A stretch of DNA of 64,000 bases from Paraspadella gotoi. Taxonomy: Eukaryota > Animalia > Chaetognatha. The position numbers and the translations under genes are program-made. The stretch covers positions 20,953,869 through 21,017,868 of the forward strand of contig CM119268.1 of NCBI GenBank assembly GCA_051294375.1, written 5' to 3'. The notes below the pieces were generated by a model that had not been told where the DNA came from, made no database searches, and was given only the letters and a program-made list of their open reading frames with translations. Positions 10,560 to 24,387 of the stretch are shown one piece after another (the first letter of the stretch is position 1; the number at the start of each line of letters is the position of its first letter).

Positions 10560-13500
10560 ATACAACTTATTTGTACAGCACGCGCAGCACTCTCAGGTAG
10601 CTCGCTAAACACTACAGGGTGAACCTTACTATTTATTAAAACTGCTCTCGACTACATCCTTTTTTATACCTAATCGGTTAATCTCTTTTTTTATAAATAA
10701 ATATGATAAAAGAAGTCAGAGAGTCACATTACATCGAGGGATACTAAAGGGAATCATTGTAAAAATAAAGCGGACTAATTACTAAAATATGACAAATGAT
10801 TTCGACCAAAAGAACAATGGGTAAAAATAATAACGAAATGGGACTGGCAAAAGGGCGCATGGATCCCAAGTTTGACTACTCAAAATAACTAAAGCAAAAA
10901 AAGGGAAAGTCCTGGAGGATTCATATGAAAGGCGGAGCTTCGCATGATTATGCTTCCTCAAACCCTTCATTGATGATGATTCAGAGAGGACGGGACAGAA
11001 GAGATTTTCGAGAAGGAGAATATTGTTTAATTACAGCAAGCCCCTGAAGAACGAAGGAATCTTAATTTATCCTTCTCCCATCTTCTCAATACCGCTTCTG
11101 AAATCAATCATATTCGTCTCATTTTTGTAAGGAGAAATCGGCGGCCTGGGAAAGACGGCTATAGAGTAATTCTATTACCTAAAAGATTTTCAAAACGCCT
11201 CCAACATACTTCTCTCTTTTTCTCTTTCTCGTATTCTATCTTCAGCTATCTACTCTACTCTCGTCTCTCTCATACTCGTACTTACGCCTCTCTCCCTTAC
11301 TCTCTTAGCTCTCGTTCTCTCCTTTTCTACTCTTTCCTGCGAGATGCTGCAGATTACATGCCATATTAATATTAGATCCCTCTCACTCTCAACAAGTCGC
11401 GATACTTCACTGCATGATAGTCTTCAATTAAAAGATTTCGTCCAATAAGCGCTTATAAAGCTGATGATATAGATGTAGGAAAATTTACGAGCGTTCCTGA
11501 TATAGATTATTACTATCTGTATCCTACGTATCTCCTAGGTGAAATGTCATGGAAAACCTATTTTGTTTAACTCCTATCTCTAGTGTCGTGTAGAGTCCCT
11601 CGTCAAATGGTAAACCCACTTCGGATTACGTCAGGATTTTCTCGGAAAAACGTTCACACAAGTGATCACCACATATATATACTTTATATATTTAAAACAC
11701 TTGATTTAGTGTCACTGTTTTGTACTTACCCTCGATTTACCTGTCACTCAACTATTGATCACGTTTCGCATCCACTCTCCCGAGCGTCTGATTTTATGTG
11801 ATTCTGGCTCTAAATTATTGACAACGTTTATTTTGTTAACAGATCTGACCTTGTTTTACATAATACTGTCATCTGATATTGCGCATCATTTATTTCGCGT
11901 ATTTAGTGCAGATTTGTCCCAATCTTTTTTATAGGTCTTTGTTTTATTTGAAGTAATTATTTAATAATTCTGTGTGCAATATAGCGGTTTTGTATCTTAT
12001 ATTTATGTTTATTCTCATTATTATATAATCTAAATACTTCTCCTTCTTTCATTTCATCCTTTATAGTACTTCTTAAACTTAGTCCCACTATACTCCCCTT
12101 ACCCCGACGCCGAAACAAATCATAAATAAGACCAAAAATAGCAATTAAATTGGAGATCCTTGTATGCTCTCTTTTTCTTATCCACACATTAGATATAGAT
12201 GGGAATATTTTGGATTAATTGGAAACCGAGATTGGTGTGCAATAAAAGAGTGAAACAAATTCATTTAATTCTTCTGCATATAATTTGAACATATTCGTTT
12301 AAGTTTTTCTTCTCTGTCCTCTACCATACATTACTTTCCCATATTTATTTTATTTTCTATAATATAATGTATTATCAAATTTTACAACATTCCCTCATAT
12401 CGTTTCTCTCACGTATATACGTGCTTTAACTCTCAAGTGTTAATTTGCTCGGAAAAAACTTGATAACAAGATCTCAGATCGAACTCAGCAATGAAAAGTA
12501 CAAATGTTTTTAAAGAAAATCAAATGTGAATACTTAATATCTCGGATTATGACTCAGTGTGTCGAAATAATTAATAAGTTAATAAAAAAAATTATTTCTA
12601 AAAAAATTACTGCAAGAAAGAATTTAAATTATTTAAAATTATTCATGAATATTTTTCTGACTCTCTCGTTACTTTAAAGTAATTTTTGGTGTGTCAACTA
12701 GGTTCATCTCGGAGATTCTTACAGGAAGTCGGAGGTGCTTGTTGACTGCACGTTGGGCGGTATTCATGGGGAGGGTTCAATACTATTGGGTGTGCATAGA
12801 GTAGTTTATGGTGGGCTCCCAATTGCTGACTCTTTAATCTGAGATGTTCAAATACAATCATACAATTGTGGTCTCGCTTATATTTTATGGGTACCTCATA
12901 TAATACGTGTGGCACCTAATCCGTGGAAGAAGAGATTCGTGAAGCCACCGTTATAGTAAGCAGATAATGGAGATAGTGAAAGTGTTATCATGACAGAGAA
13001 ATATACAGTAATATCTCAATGATTAGAAAAAAAGGAAAGGCGTGTTAGAAAAGAATAATAAAATAAATAGTTATGAGAATGTAATCAGAGGAAGAAAAAT
13101 GAGATACAGGATCATAAGAGTAATAATAACTGAAGAATATAAGTGAAATAAGCAAGAAATACATAAGAAGTTGGAACGAGATTGAGATCATATAGATATA
13201 GGAGAATAGTATGATAGAAGAAAGAAAGAAAGGAGCAACAAAGATAAGAACCAGGAGACTCATTTTTGAAAGTATGGTATAAATTAACTGTCTCTATTCA
13301 TTGTTTAATTTATAAGATGATCATAATCAAAAGCATAATACACAATATAGTCAGTATAAGTGAGATATGAGTAATACAGTAAGAACTTGTGTGATCGTGC
13401 GTGCTGACGCCTGTCCAAGGGGACCGTTAAACCGCCGCTCTTGTGGCGGCGAGAGCCGATAGTGGAGGATAGAGAAAAAGATCGAATAAAACCGGATTTA

Positions 13501-16180
13501 TTCGAGATGAGCGAGAGAGGTAGAGACGGCACGAGTGCAGCCGAGAGAGAGGAGAGAGAGAGACAAAATTTAGGAAAGGAAATGCTTTTGTTTTATAAGT
13601 TTTTAAAGTCAAAACATGCTCATAGTGTAATTAAGTAAGAATAATTGAAACGTATTAGTCTGTAAATAATGATAGATTGACTTTGATTAGATTTATTCAA
13701 TCAACCGCAAATTGGAAAAAAGTGAGTTAAACAAATGGTGAATGATTAAAAACAAATATGGATAATATTGGATAACATTTGGTCAATTGTTAACAACAAC
13801 GGAATGAAGGCTAACAAGTATAGTTCGAGAAATGTTCCGATTTTTATGTAAAACATGTATGTCGATTATTATTAACCATGTAAAAAGTTATTATTTCGGT
13901 CTCTAATCAAACAACAAATGAAGAGATAAAGTAAATACAAATGACTAAGAAAACTAAAAAAAAATCCGAAGATATTTTTTTTTATAAATTGAAAAAAAAG
14001 TTTGACTGAAGGATCGCTCGCAAAACCCTCAGTTACATCCTGTGAGATATATTGGCCTGAGAATATAGAATAAGGAGGTTGAGGAAAGAAATGAAAGGCT
14101 GATAGAAGAGTACATAGGAAAATGAGCGTGTACGAATAATATAGAATAATGAGTTATAAGGAAGAGTGAGGTATAAAGAGACGTCTTGCTAAGTCTACAG
14201 TATCATTTCGCTCTTCTAAGAGCATTTGTGTTTTTGAATATAAATGTGTATTGTCCCATAATTAATCGTGGTGTAAAAAATGAACTCGCTGTATCTTTTT
14301 CTCATTGGGAAATATTAAATTAAGGGATAATATTTTATTCTGTATAACCTCTAGTGCAATTAGAAAATGATATAAGATCATATAATGTTTTAATGAGTTT
14401 TTGTGAATGTTTCTGTCGAAATGTGATAAAGTGATGGGCCGTGTTTTCTCTCAAGAGAGACGTCTCGCTGATTCGTTCCTCACAGAAAAAGGTGACAGCG
14501 TAAAACAAAAAATAGCGATGTTTGAATTATACTTAGAGACACTCGACTCTAAATTTCCTAGAGGTATTTTACAAGAAAAAGTACTAAGTGTAAAAATCTA
14601 TCAAACACTTGACAAGCATTGAGACTAAGTTCTCTAAAATTACAATGACTGTTTTTGTGATTTTATGAAAAGTCACATATAAACTGTTTTCATTTTACTG
14701 ATTTATGAGATATTAACTTAAATACTTAATTACCCTGAAAAAAAAAAATAATATATTTTTAATTGGTAATACTAAACTAATCTCGATTGTTATTAAAAAA
14801 AAACTAAACTCATCGTCAGATTTTCACAGGGAAAGATGCTCTTTTTATGAAAAATTCGCGAATATCCGCCAGCGTTCAGATTCTCACGAGCTAGAATATT
14901 GTCTCCCTCATAACTTATGTAATCTTTATATTTATCTCGTACCGGCTTTTGAACTCCCAGGTCTATTACTCGATAAATTAACTTTATAAGATACGAAATG
15001 ACGTATAATACTCGATCTCGCCTTCTTGGTGGATTCTTCATACATAGTTTATTGTTTCCTTCGGAAATTTGCCAGTCTGTCAACAAATATCATATAAATT
15101 ATCTACTCTCTTGATCTAGCGGGAGCGAATGCTATAAAAATGATTAAACAGGTTTATTATTAATCTCGTGAATGAGAAAGCAATCGATTTATTAGTTTGA
15201 TCGCTCGAAACGTAATTTTACGCTGAACTGGAAATAACAATAGTAACAGAAACCCGCCCAATGTAGTTTACCTTTATGCAATCTATTTGTTTGGGCAGTT
15301 GTCGGCGCAATTCACGCTTCTCGCGTCGCCTTTATACTTCAATGAAGGTCACAAAGCTCTCCCGGGAAGAATGATATTTGTACGATGTAAACGAGAGCCA
15401 AGAATTAAATGTAAAAAGAAGAACTACCTCAGGAGATATTAAAGGCAACACTTACTTCAAGGCTATGAAATCAGGGAAGAAGACGAGCTATCCTCCCGGT
15501 GATTCGTTGGATGCCCGGATGGCAGACTCCGTTAAATATCGAACCAGATAACAAAAGAGATAGAGAAAACTGGATGAGAAGAGAGAGAGTAGCAGAGACT
15601 ACGGAGTTTCATGAGTTGTAAATGATATGGATTGCATTAATAGAGTCTCTTGAGAGAATGATAAACGGTTCTTGTTCATTAGAGACTGCCGTTCTCAAAA
15701 TGGGTCTGCAACATATGAGGGGTTGAGATATCCGTCGCCCTATGGTGAGGAGAAGAGGAAGAGCTTATTGCCGTGCGAGAGTACGAAGATGAGATAGACG
15801 AGTGCAGATAGACGACTGGAAGACGGAAATCGGATATGTTCACAGTGAGAGTCGGTACGGGGAGCAGAACGAGATACAAGGAAGCAAGGATAAGAGAATG
15901 ATATGGAATGTGGATGTCCTCAGAGAGAGGAGGTGGATACTTGATCTTGTCTCCGCCGGACATTTTTTCAATATTAGTGCATTGATAGGAGATATATACG
16001 CAGAGAAGGGAGTGACCACGTAAAGAAATAAATGTTCGGAACAAGCCAATTAGAACGAACGGTGGCTTTTAGCTTAGTTGTTGATATTGTATTTTTTGTT
16101 ATATGTTTAAGGAGTGGCGGTGGTTTGTCGTTATGGATATTAGCGATAGATTCTCTACTCTGGCGCATTAATCTCTTCTC
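10560..16180 (+). other. Insertion-inflated noisy copy of the LINE ORF2 middle (read artefact)
   Basis: Fragments such as TTTCGTCCAATAAGC (11436), TGTAGGAAAATTTACGAGCG (11474) and CACAGTGAGAGTCGG (15841) appear in the same order as in 25600-26750 but spread over about five times the length. Confidence 0.75.
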
Positions 16181-16999
16181 TTTGGATGTCCTCAGGGTGG
16201 TATTCTTTCGCCGGACATTTTTCCAATATGTCTTTAGTATAACCGAAGGAGTCCCTAAGATTGTTCGGAACAGCCAATTTGCCGACGATACAGCTAATTG
16301 GGTAACTGAGAGTTCTGTTCTCTGGAGTTGTGTCAATTTGAAATGAAAAGGACATTAGATGCGATTCAGAGGTGGTGTAGTAAGTGGAGACTTAAACTGG
16401 CGCCAGAGAAGAGTCGGTTAATAATTTTCTCAAGACGAAGGCGTAACTTAGATAGATCCCAAATTTAGAATTATTTTGGGTGGGAATTAAAAACAATAAG
16501 GGAAGCGGTTTTTTTTGGGCGTAAACTTTTGATGATAAAATGACATGGGAGTAAACATTTAGAAACTATAGAAAAGAAAATGCGACAAGTTGTGGCGTGC
16601 TTCGAAAGTTGAAATTTAAATATAATCATTTAGATATAAACTTAATGTTGGAATTGTATCAAGTCTTTGCGATATCATTACTTGAATATAGTATGTCATG
16701 TTTCTGTTCTATGTCTAACAGAGAAGTGGTTAAAACTTGAATCAATAGAAAATAAATTTTTAAAATGTATTACAAAACGTTCCACGAAAAATGTCTAATA
16801 AAATAGTTTTAGATTCATTAGGCTTACGAGACTTACGATTTAATATTCAGACGAGCACATCCCAATTTGTTAGTTTAATGAACTCGTCTCCGCTCCTTCC
16901 GGAGTATATCAAGATATTAATAAATACCCGTATTTGGGAAATCACATTAGTCCGATTGCCTTTTTAAGTAATGTTCCGTTAATATATGAAACTGTGTAG
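16181..16999 (+). pseudogene. LINE ORF2 reverse transcriptase C-terminal half
   Basis: GCPQGGILSP, QFADDTANW, IQRWCSKWRLKLAPEKS, FLGV.FDDKMTW..H, LY....SLLEY; stop at about 16999. Confidence 0.92.
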
Positions 17000-19900
17000 T
17001 TTTCTGTTTTTTTGTAGAATTGGCCTTTTTTCTATTAGGAAAAATTTATTCATTGCTTAAATTTACTGAGTTTTTGGAAATCTAATTTTCTAATGTCATA
17101 CTTATTGTATTACTGCTTGTATCTCTGTTATCTGCTTTTGTGTTTTGTAAAACCACTGTGGCCCATGGTCCTCGGACCCGCTGTATGAATAAATACATAA
17201 CAATACAATAGTAGAATAGGGTGAAAATACAAAGAAGATTTAATAGGACTGTTCTTTTGTTTCGGAAAAGATATACTAAAACTAAATTTATTGCTATTTT
17301 GTTTTAAAACGCTCTTTCGTTTGTGGAGCCATCTGGTTTATTAAGACTAAAACAAGCAAAAATTGCTATTTTGTGTAAAGCGATGCAAGTGAAGATCTAG
17401 TGGGTGTAGACAGAAGAGCAAATTTTATAGAAAGTAAAGGGAAAATGCTCATAGTAGAAAAAGTAAGAGACAAATTCTTGTAGTAGGTAGAAAAAGTTAC
17501 AAAGACGGAAAACAAAATTGAAAAAAAAATTAGATCTAATGGAAATTTACAATTTTTTGGGAAAAAAGGAAAGAAGAAAAAACAAAGAAAGAAAAGGAAA
17601 AAAGAGGAAAGAAGTCGGTGGAAAAAAGGGAAAGAAAAAAAATGAAAAAAAGGATGAAAATCGAGAAAATAATGATAGTGATAAATTGTAGTATTAAAAT
17701 AAAAAAAAATTAAATGAAAACAAAAATAAATAAATTTAATTGTTAAGTAATAGACGAGAGATCAATGGCTTAAAGGGGGGGTGGGTGATCTGGTGGGCAG
17801 AGTGAGATCGGCATCAGGTGGGCGGCGCTAATCCGAGATCGCGACAATCGTCAGCGGAAAAAAGAGGAGGAGGAGGAGATTGGTCTCAGATTTGGGAGAA
17901 AAGCGAGGAGAGAAATATATACGGAGAAAAGTAGGAAGGATAAAACAGGATGAATAAACGAAAAAAAATGGAGGTTCGATTCCCTCTCTCTCTCTCTCTT
18001 TCTCTTTCACTCCCTCTCTTTATATATATATATATATCTCTCCCTCTCTCTGTTTCAAAATCAAAAAGAAGATGAATAAAAAAAAACAAAAAAAAAAAAC
18101 TTTACGATCGAAATATACACATGATTGTAGTAAATTAATTCCTGAAAATTTGTTTGTTAAAGTGATAATACTTAACTTTTTTTTTCCCGTAAGAAAAGTT
18201 TAGTATTTAAAACATAGAATTACCATGACTATTTTAGTATTAAAAATAGTAAAGTTAGTAGAGTTTCAAAATAGGGGGGCGATAGCCTAATTCAAAATAG
18301 TAGCATTATTAGACGTAGTAAAAAAGCCCGGAGGCCGAAAGACTCGTTTCTCTTGGCGGACTAATGGAGCGAAAGAGGGAGAGGGCTTCACGATCTCTGA
18401 GGTAAACAAGAGGGAGATAGAGAGAGGGAGGAAAGGAAAGAGGGAAAGAGAGAGAAAGGGATAGGGAGGAAAGGAAAGGAAAGAGAGGAAATAGGAATAA
18501 GGGTTCACGATCTCTGAGGTAAACAAGAGGGAGGTAGAGAGAGGAAGGAAAGGAAGGAAAAAGAGAGAAAAGAGGGAGATAAGGAGAGGAAGGAAAGGAA
18601 AGGAAGGAAAGAGAAAGAGGAAAGAGGGAGATAAGGAAAGGAAGGAAAGGAAGGAAAGAGAAAAAAGAGGTAAACAATAGCGAGGAAAGGAAAGGAAGGA
18701 AAGAGAGAGAGAAAAAAGGAAAGAGAGGAAAAGACAAAAAAGAGAAAAGAAAGACAGAGAAAAGGCCTCGAAGAAAGGATGAACAGAAAGAAATTGAGGA
18801 TAAAAGAAATTAATCAAATGAAAATTACTAATGACTTTACGGAAAAACATTTAATCTAATTTAACTTCAAGAACAGCTATTAAATTTTAGTTATTATAAA
18901 TGCGTAGAATAAAGAAAGTTGAAATTATTTAAGAAAGGCATGACAAGTTTTAAAGAAAAGAAAATATTAGAGATTAGATATTAGATATTAATACCAATTT
19001 AATATGTAGAATTAAATGAAAAAAAAGAAAAGAAAGAAAAAAAGAAAAATAGGAAATAAAGAAATTAACTGAAAGAAAAAAAAAGGAAAAGAAAAGGAAA
19101 GGAAAGGAAAAAGCGGTTTTGTTTGAATCGACGTTGCATTCGTCTCTAATCTTGTTAGACGTTGGAAGCCGAAGCGGGACTACAAAGGAGAGAAACAGAG
19201 AAAGCCTTTCTCAAGATGAGAGCGAGGAGAAAAGAAAAAGAGAACTGAGAGGGAGAGAGAGGGTAAAAGGAGAGTGGTAAAGAGACAGGAAGATATTGTT
19301 TTACTCGACTTTCTAAATTAGTATTAAATTCTAGGAAGAACAACAGTTTTTTATATAAATTGAATTATGTAAATTGAAATTAGCAAATATTTATTATTAT
19401 TTATTATTTCATATTGTTTGTTCAGAGAAATTTTAATTTACATTTTCTTAGGTTTAAAGGAATTTATAGAAAAGAGATCTGTTTTTGATAAGGATTTAAT
19501 TATGAATGTTTAGAAATAAATATCAGAAGGAACGTTTTAGTATTTTATGTCTTTTATCTTTCTCTTTTTATTCTTTTCCTTCCACATTTTTCTCCTTTTA
19601 TTTTTGTTTTAATATTTGTTAGAGATTGCACATTTCCTTACGGACTTGGGAACACGATTGAGCATCCTTCATATTAATTTCTCTATTGTTGACTCATCAA
19701 TAACCGTAACGCCAGTAGTATTAATTGAAGTTAGTTGTAATTCAGTTGACAGTTATAAGGACAATCGAAATAGCAATCAGTAGAGCCATTGGAAGAGCAG
19801 TGGAAGAGCCATTGGAAGAGCTGTGGAAGCTCAAAAGCTACAAAAAATAACCATTTATTAATACTAATTCCACTATTTAATAATTTCGGTTAATCAATCA

Positions 19901-20520
19901 ATTACCTTATGGTCCCAGGGCAATCTCTTCAAAAAATAAAAGTTGCCCTTTCTTTTATACAAAGACTAAATTTAATGGACCAATGAGAAGAGAGATCTTC
20001 TTTAAAATTATTGAGAATTCAATCATTAACTACTATTGGTAGAATTCGACCAATGAGAGTAAAGATAATATAAAATCATTAAAGTTGAGACTAAAACCAA
20101 TTGACGTGATTCAGATATTCACAAAGAGAATTTGTTTGATTTAAAATCATTCCTCACAATATTTTTTTTTTACTTCTTTATGCTTCTCTTACCTCCTATC
20201 TTTTTCTACCCCTCTCCTTCTCTTTGCATATTCTTACTTCTTTTATATTTCTTTTTCTCCTCCTCCTCCTCCTCCTCCTCTTTCTTCCTCTTCTCCCTTT
20301 TTACGAATTCTGATCCTTTCTTTTCACTTGTTTCGCGGTCTCGTGGTTCACTGTTGATTGTTGACTGCTCGTTGCTTTCTGTCGATTTTTGATTGTCGAC
20401 AGCAAATGCGATGTAAAATCTTTGATTCTGGAAATCTGAAAAGTCCCAATACGGGTTTAAAACTTCAAACTAACGTAGTCAATCAAAGATCAATTATTGT
20501 CGAATGTCGAATGTCATTAT

Positions 20521-20675
20521 TCGTGATCTGAGATTTTTAATCCGTGATATGGGATTCTTAATCCGTGAACTGTGATTTTTATTCCGAGATCTGTGATTAT
20601 TATTCCGTGCTCCGAGATTCTTAATCCGTAATCTGGAATCTCTAATCCATGATCCGTGATTCTTAATCCGTAATT
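20521..20675 (+). repeat. Degenerate 21-bp tandem repeat (CCGTGATCTGAGATTCTTAAT) x ~7
   Basis: Direct reading; noisy copy at ~30900-31050. Confidence 0.75.
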
Positions 20676-20804
20676 CGCGAATCGTTCCAACGTCGACCGC
20701 TAGAGGGAGAAGATCGTTTCAACTCAAATCGGTCCATGCGAAGATTTCCTTTCGAGAAGACGACTCTGTAAAGACACTGAAAAGAAATTGAACCCGAGCG
20801 ATCA

Positions 20805-21089
20805 TTAGGGATCGTCGTCGTTGTCGTAGTCGTTATCGTTGTAGTCGTCGTCATCGTCGTTGTCGTCATAGTTAACATTTTTTTTATCATAGTCGTCGTC
20901 TTGGTCGTCATCCCTGTAAGTTTTGTCTTTGTCATTGTGACCATCTTCGTCTTCATCGTTGTAAGCATTTTCTTCTTTATAACCGATATTGTCATTTTCT
21001 TTGTCATCATTGTTAACGTTTTCTTTATTGTTGTAATCAACTTTGTTGGTGTCATTTTCTTCATCGTGGTTGTCATCGGCGTCATTTTC

Positions 21090-21121
<32 letters not shown>

Positions 21122-21250
21122 TCGATGGTTTCCCGTCTCACCTTCCCCTTCCGCGAACAAAGGACGACCTATTAACAATCTCCATTACCTTTTTCCTTTC
21201 CCATCTCTAAGGCGGCAGCGTGGGCTGCGGAAGCGGCGGCGGCGGCGGCG

Positions 21251-21282
<32 letters not shown>

Positions 21283-21335
21283 GGCGGCGGCGGCAGCGTC
21301 GGCAGCGTCGCCAGCGGGGTCGGCGGCGGAAGCCC
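20805..21335. repeat. (GTC/ATC)n-rich degenerate triplet tract followed by a (GCG)n tract
   Basis: Direct reading; source of the T-rich, V-rich, poly-R and poly-G ORFs. Confidence 0.85.
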
Positions 21336-21593
21336 CTCACCCATTTCCACTTATTTTCCATTTCCTTCTTTCCACTTCCCGATTCTAGTTCCACTCCTCA
21401 TTCTTGTTTTGCTTTTTCATCTACTATTTTTTTATTTGGATCCTCACTAAACTAGACTGTGAGAGATTGAAAGATTATAGACCTCGCTATTATCTGGTGG
21501 TGGCCTGAACTCACCATATCTTGTTCAAAGTAGGTAAAGTGAAAAAGATATTTAAATAAATCATTCAAAACTTTATATTTACCTCTTTATAAA

Positions 21594-22270
21594 CCAGTGG
21601 CTGCGCCAATACATGTAAATTACTTTCAAGGGCTTAAAGTGAACTGTAACTGCGGCACTAATAACATTTAATACCAGCAAAAATATTTATAAATCAAAAC
21701 CATATTATTTTAATTTTGATATATGACATATGATTAAAATTCTTTGGTCAAGACATAGAATAAGAAATATATTTAAAAAAAATAGAATAAGAAAAAATAC
21801 TTATTAAAAAATATCAAAAAAATATTTTAAATAATCCAAATTTTAAAAAACAATTACTACTTTGTTGAAGAGCAGGTGCAAGTGAAGATCTAGTGGGTGC
21901 AGATGTAGTTTATTTTGAAAGTTCCTTTGTCTTACAAAAAGCTTTCTTCTTTTTAGAGCCCTCTAGTAGAATAGGGTGAAAATAAAAAGAAAATTTAATG
22001 AGACTGTTCTTTTGTTTCAGAAAAAAGTTTAAAACCTTTGGTGAACGTACTTAAACTAAAATCAATTGTTATTTTGTTTTTAAAAATGTAGAGCCATCTG
22101 GTTTATTTAGACTCAAACATGCAAAACAGATGCAAGTGAAGATCTAGTGGGTGCAGACTGAAGAGCAAATTTCTATAGAAAGTAAAGGAAAAATGCGCAT
22201 AGTAGAGAAAATAACAGACAAATCCTCCAAGTAAGAATGAAAACTTATATAGATGGAAAAAAAATTGAAA
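21594..22270. repeat. Local dispersed repeat (uninterrupted copy); other copy split at 3429-3500, 4003-4100 and 17211-17530
   Basis: Shared blocks CTGCGCCAATACATGTAAATTACTTTCAAGGGCTTAA, TTTGTTGAAGAGCAGGTGCAAGT..ATCTAGTGGGTGCAGAT and GTAGAATAGGGTGAAAATA. TGCAAGTGAAGATCTAGTGGGTGCAGA is duplicated within the unit. Confidence 0.85.
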
Positions 22271-22290
22271 ATTTTTTTTTATAATTTCAG

Positions 22291-22656
22291 GGGTTAAGTA
22301 ATCGCTTGTTCTCTCCTAATAGTAATCTGATTATGGTGAAAGTAAGCTTCTTTTTTTTAACCTCAGTTCAGAGTTAGAAAAATCTTGACAATTATTTTTT
22401 AAACCTACTAACCAGAGGCAGATGAATAACCAACTTTGCTTCTGACAGATAAATACAATCGGTAATACATTTTTAATAAATTTGACGAAAATTTCGAGTT
22501 AAACTTTTTGAATTTATCAAATTCTCCCATCTTCATCTTTATCCTTGGATTTACTCTAGCATTGAACTTTTCTCTTTTCCCAAAAAACTTTTTACTTTTT
22601 CTTTACGACTTTTTTTCTTTTTCTTGATCTTCTCTCTCTCTCTCATCTCTCTCTCA

Positions 22657-22704
<48 letters not shown>

Positions 22705-23120
22705 CTCTTCTTCTTTTCCTCCCCCCAGTTCTCTCTCCTCTTTCTAAACTCCTGTCCTCTCTCCCTTATTTTGTTCCATTTCCCTGTCCTTCTCTCCACC
22801 CTTTCCCTCAACTCTACCTCTCCCCCTGCTCCACCCCTTTTTCCCTCCCGAACCCCTCTCCCCTTCTGCGCCCCCCTTTCTCTCTCCCTCTTTCCCCTCT
22901 TCTTCTCTATACAACTCTACCTCTCCCCTCTTGCTCACTCCTTTTCCTCTCCAACCCCTCCCCCTCTCTACGCCCCCCCTTTCTCTTCTCCTCGTTCCCC
23001 ACCCTCTTCTTCTCTCAACAAACTTTCGCTCCGAAGCCTCAATATCACGGGGGCTTCAAGGTCACTCCCGAGAAAAATTTGATATTTGACACCGAAACTT
23101 CTTCTCTCTCTCTCTGCTCT

Positions 23121-23157
<37 letters not shown>

Positions 23158-23160
23158 TCT

Positions 23161-23195
<35 letters not shown>

Positions 23196-23718
23196 TTCAG
23201 GCCGGACGATTTCCCTCGAGACATTGCGGTGGTAAACTCCTTCGCTAATGTTACAACAATTTTAAATCTACATAGAAAGAGATCTAAAGAGAAAGATAGT
23301 AAGAGATAGTAAGATAGAAAGATAGTAAGAGAAATATGTAGAGAGATAAAAATTCCGCTACAGTGAATTAACATTCAGCAAATAATCATTTCATATCCCT
23401 ACAGTCCTGCGCTTTATCTCTCCCTGTACGCTCGGGCGTTCCTCCGCGTACGCATCCCGAGTCGGAAGGCCCGTATTGGATTTCCGTCCTTAGTACGGAC
23501 GAAAGGCCAGAGGCTGTCCCCATTTTATCGGTAAAACGAGAAAGATGAAAAAAAGGAATAAAACGGCAAAAAAGGATAAAAAAAGGGGAAAAAAAGAATA
23601 AATACGTAGTACTACTACTCGAACTCGGTTTGATTGTGGGACTCTCCTTTGATTATTTTAATGCTTTTTTTTTTTCCTGATCAGCTCACTTCGGGTCGTC
23701 AGGGATAGAAAGTTGATT
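22291..23718 (+). other. Candidate spliced transcript: exons 22291-22341, 22416-22461, 23201-23231, 23405-23530, 23685-23718
   Basis: Each island has a pyrimidine-tract/CAG acceptor and a GTAA/GTGAG donor. Phases chain consistently, but exon 2 has an in-frame TGA. Confidence 0.35.
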
Positions 23719-23815
23719 GTGAGTTTCACAAGGAAAATGAGGGAGAAAAACTGATTGTCGATCTGTCTGTCCCTCTCTCTGTCTGTCTATCTCGGCGGGC
23801 GCGAACAGTGATTAT

Positions 23816-23879
<64 letters not shown>

Positions 23880-24387
23880 TCGTCTGTCTGTCGATCTGTC
23901 TTTTTCTTTGTCTGTATGCCTGTGCGGGGAAGAATAGCACTTGAATGTCCGTGGGTCGAAATAATATTCAGTTTGAACAGTAAAAAAAAAAGATTTATAG
24001 GTGAAAAATAAATAAAGCACAAAATTAAACAAAATAAAACAAAAAGAGAAAAAGAAAAATAAAAAGAAAAAATTCATACTAATGTAAATCAAAATGTAAA
24101 TCTGAGACGTCAAAAGAATAAAAATAAAGAGAAATGTGAGATTTGTTGCTCGGAGGAAAAAGTTAAATATCATAGAGAGAGAGAGAGAAAGAGAAAAACA
24201 AATAGAAAAAAAAGAGAAAGAAAAAGAGTTGAAAAAAAACGCAAAAGGGAGAAAGGTAAAAATGATAGAGACAGAGATACAAAGATGCGAGAATACCTAC
24301 TAGCGTCGCCAAAATCAAATACAAATCGTGCACGAATCTGCGTCGAATCTCTCTCTCTCTCTNNNNNNNNNNNNNNNNNNNNNNNNN

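Larger units (their letters stand above)
4101..17210 (+). mobile_element. 5'-truncated non-LTR retrotransposon (LINE, Jockey/I-group-like, APE+RT, no RNase H seen); span inflated by N gaps and noisy sequence
   Basis: ORF1, APE, RT and 3' UTR occur in order. AATAAA at 17188 is followed by an A/C-rich tail. The left flank (4003-4100) and right flank (17211 on) are contiguous in the uninterrupted repeat copy at 21861-22270, which defines the insertion site. Confidence 0.85.

Noticed and set aside
11200-16180. Novel 5-kb insertion or genes inside the LINE RT
   Set aside because: RT fragments are smeared through it in order with random insertions; best explained as a low-quality long read.
21218-21345. 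Formin FH1-like poly-proline (LPPPPP)n on the minus strand
   Set aside because: Short frame bounded by stops, derived from a (GCG)n repeat, with no FH2 or other linked domain.
23478-23510. Hammerhead-like stem II (GTCC..GGACGAAA)
   Set aside because: No CTGANGA core precedes it on either strand; it is a simple hairpin inside a candidate exon.
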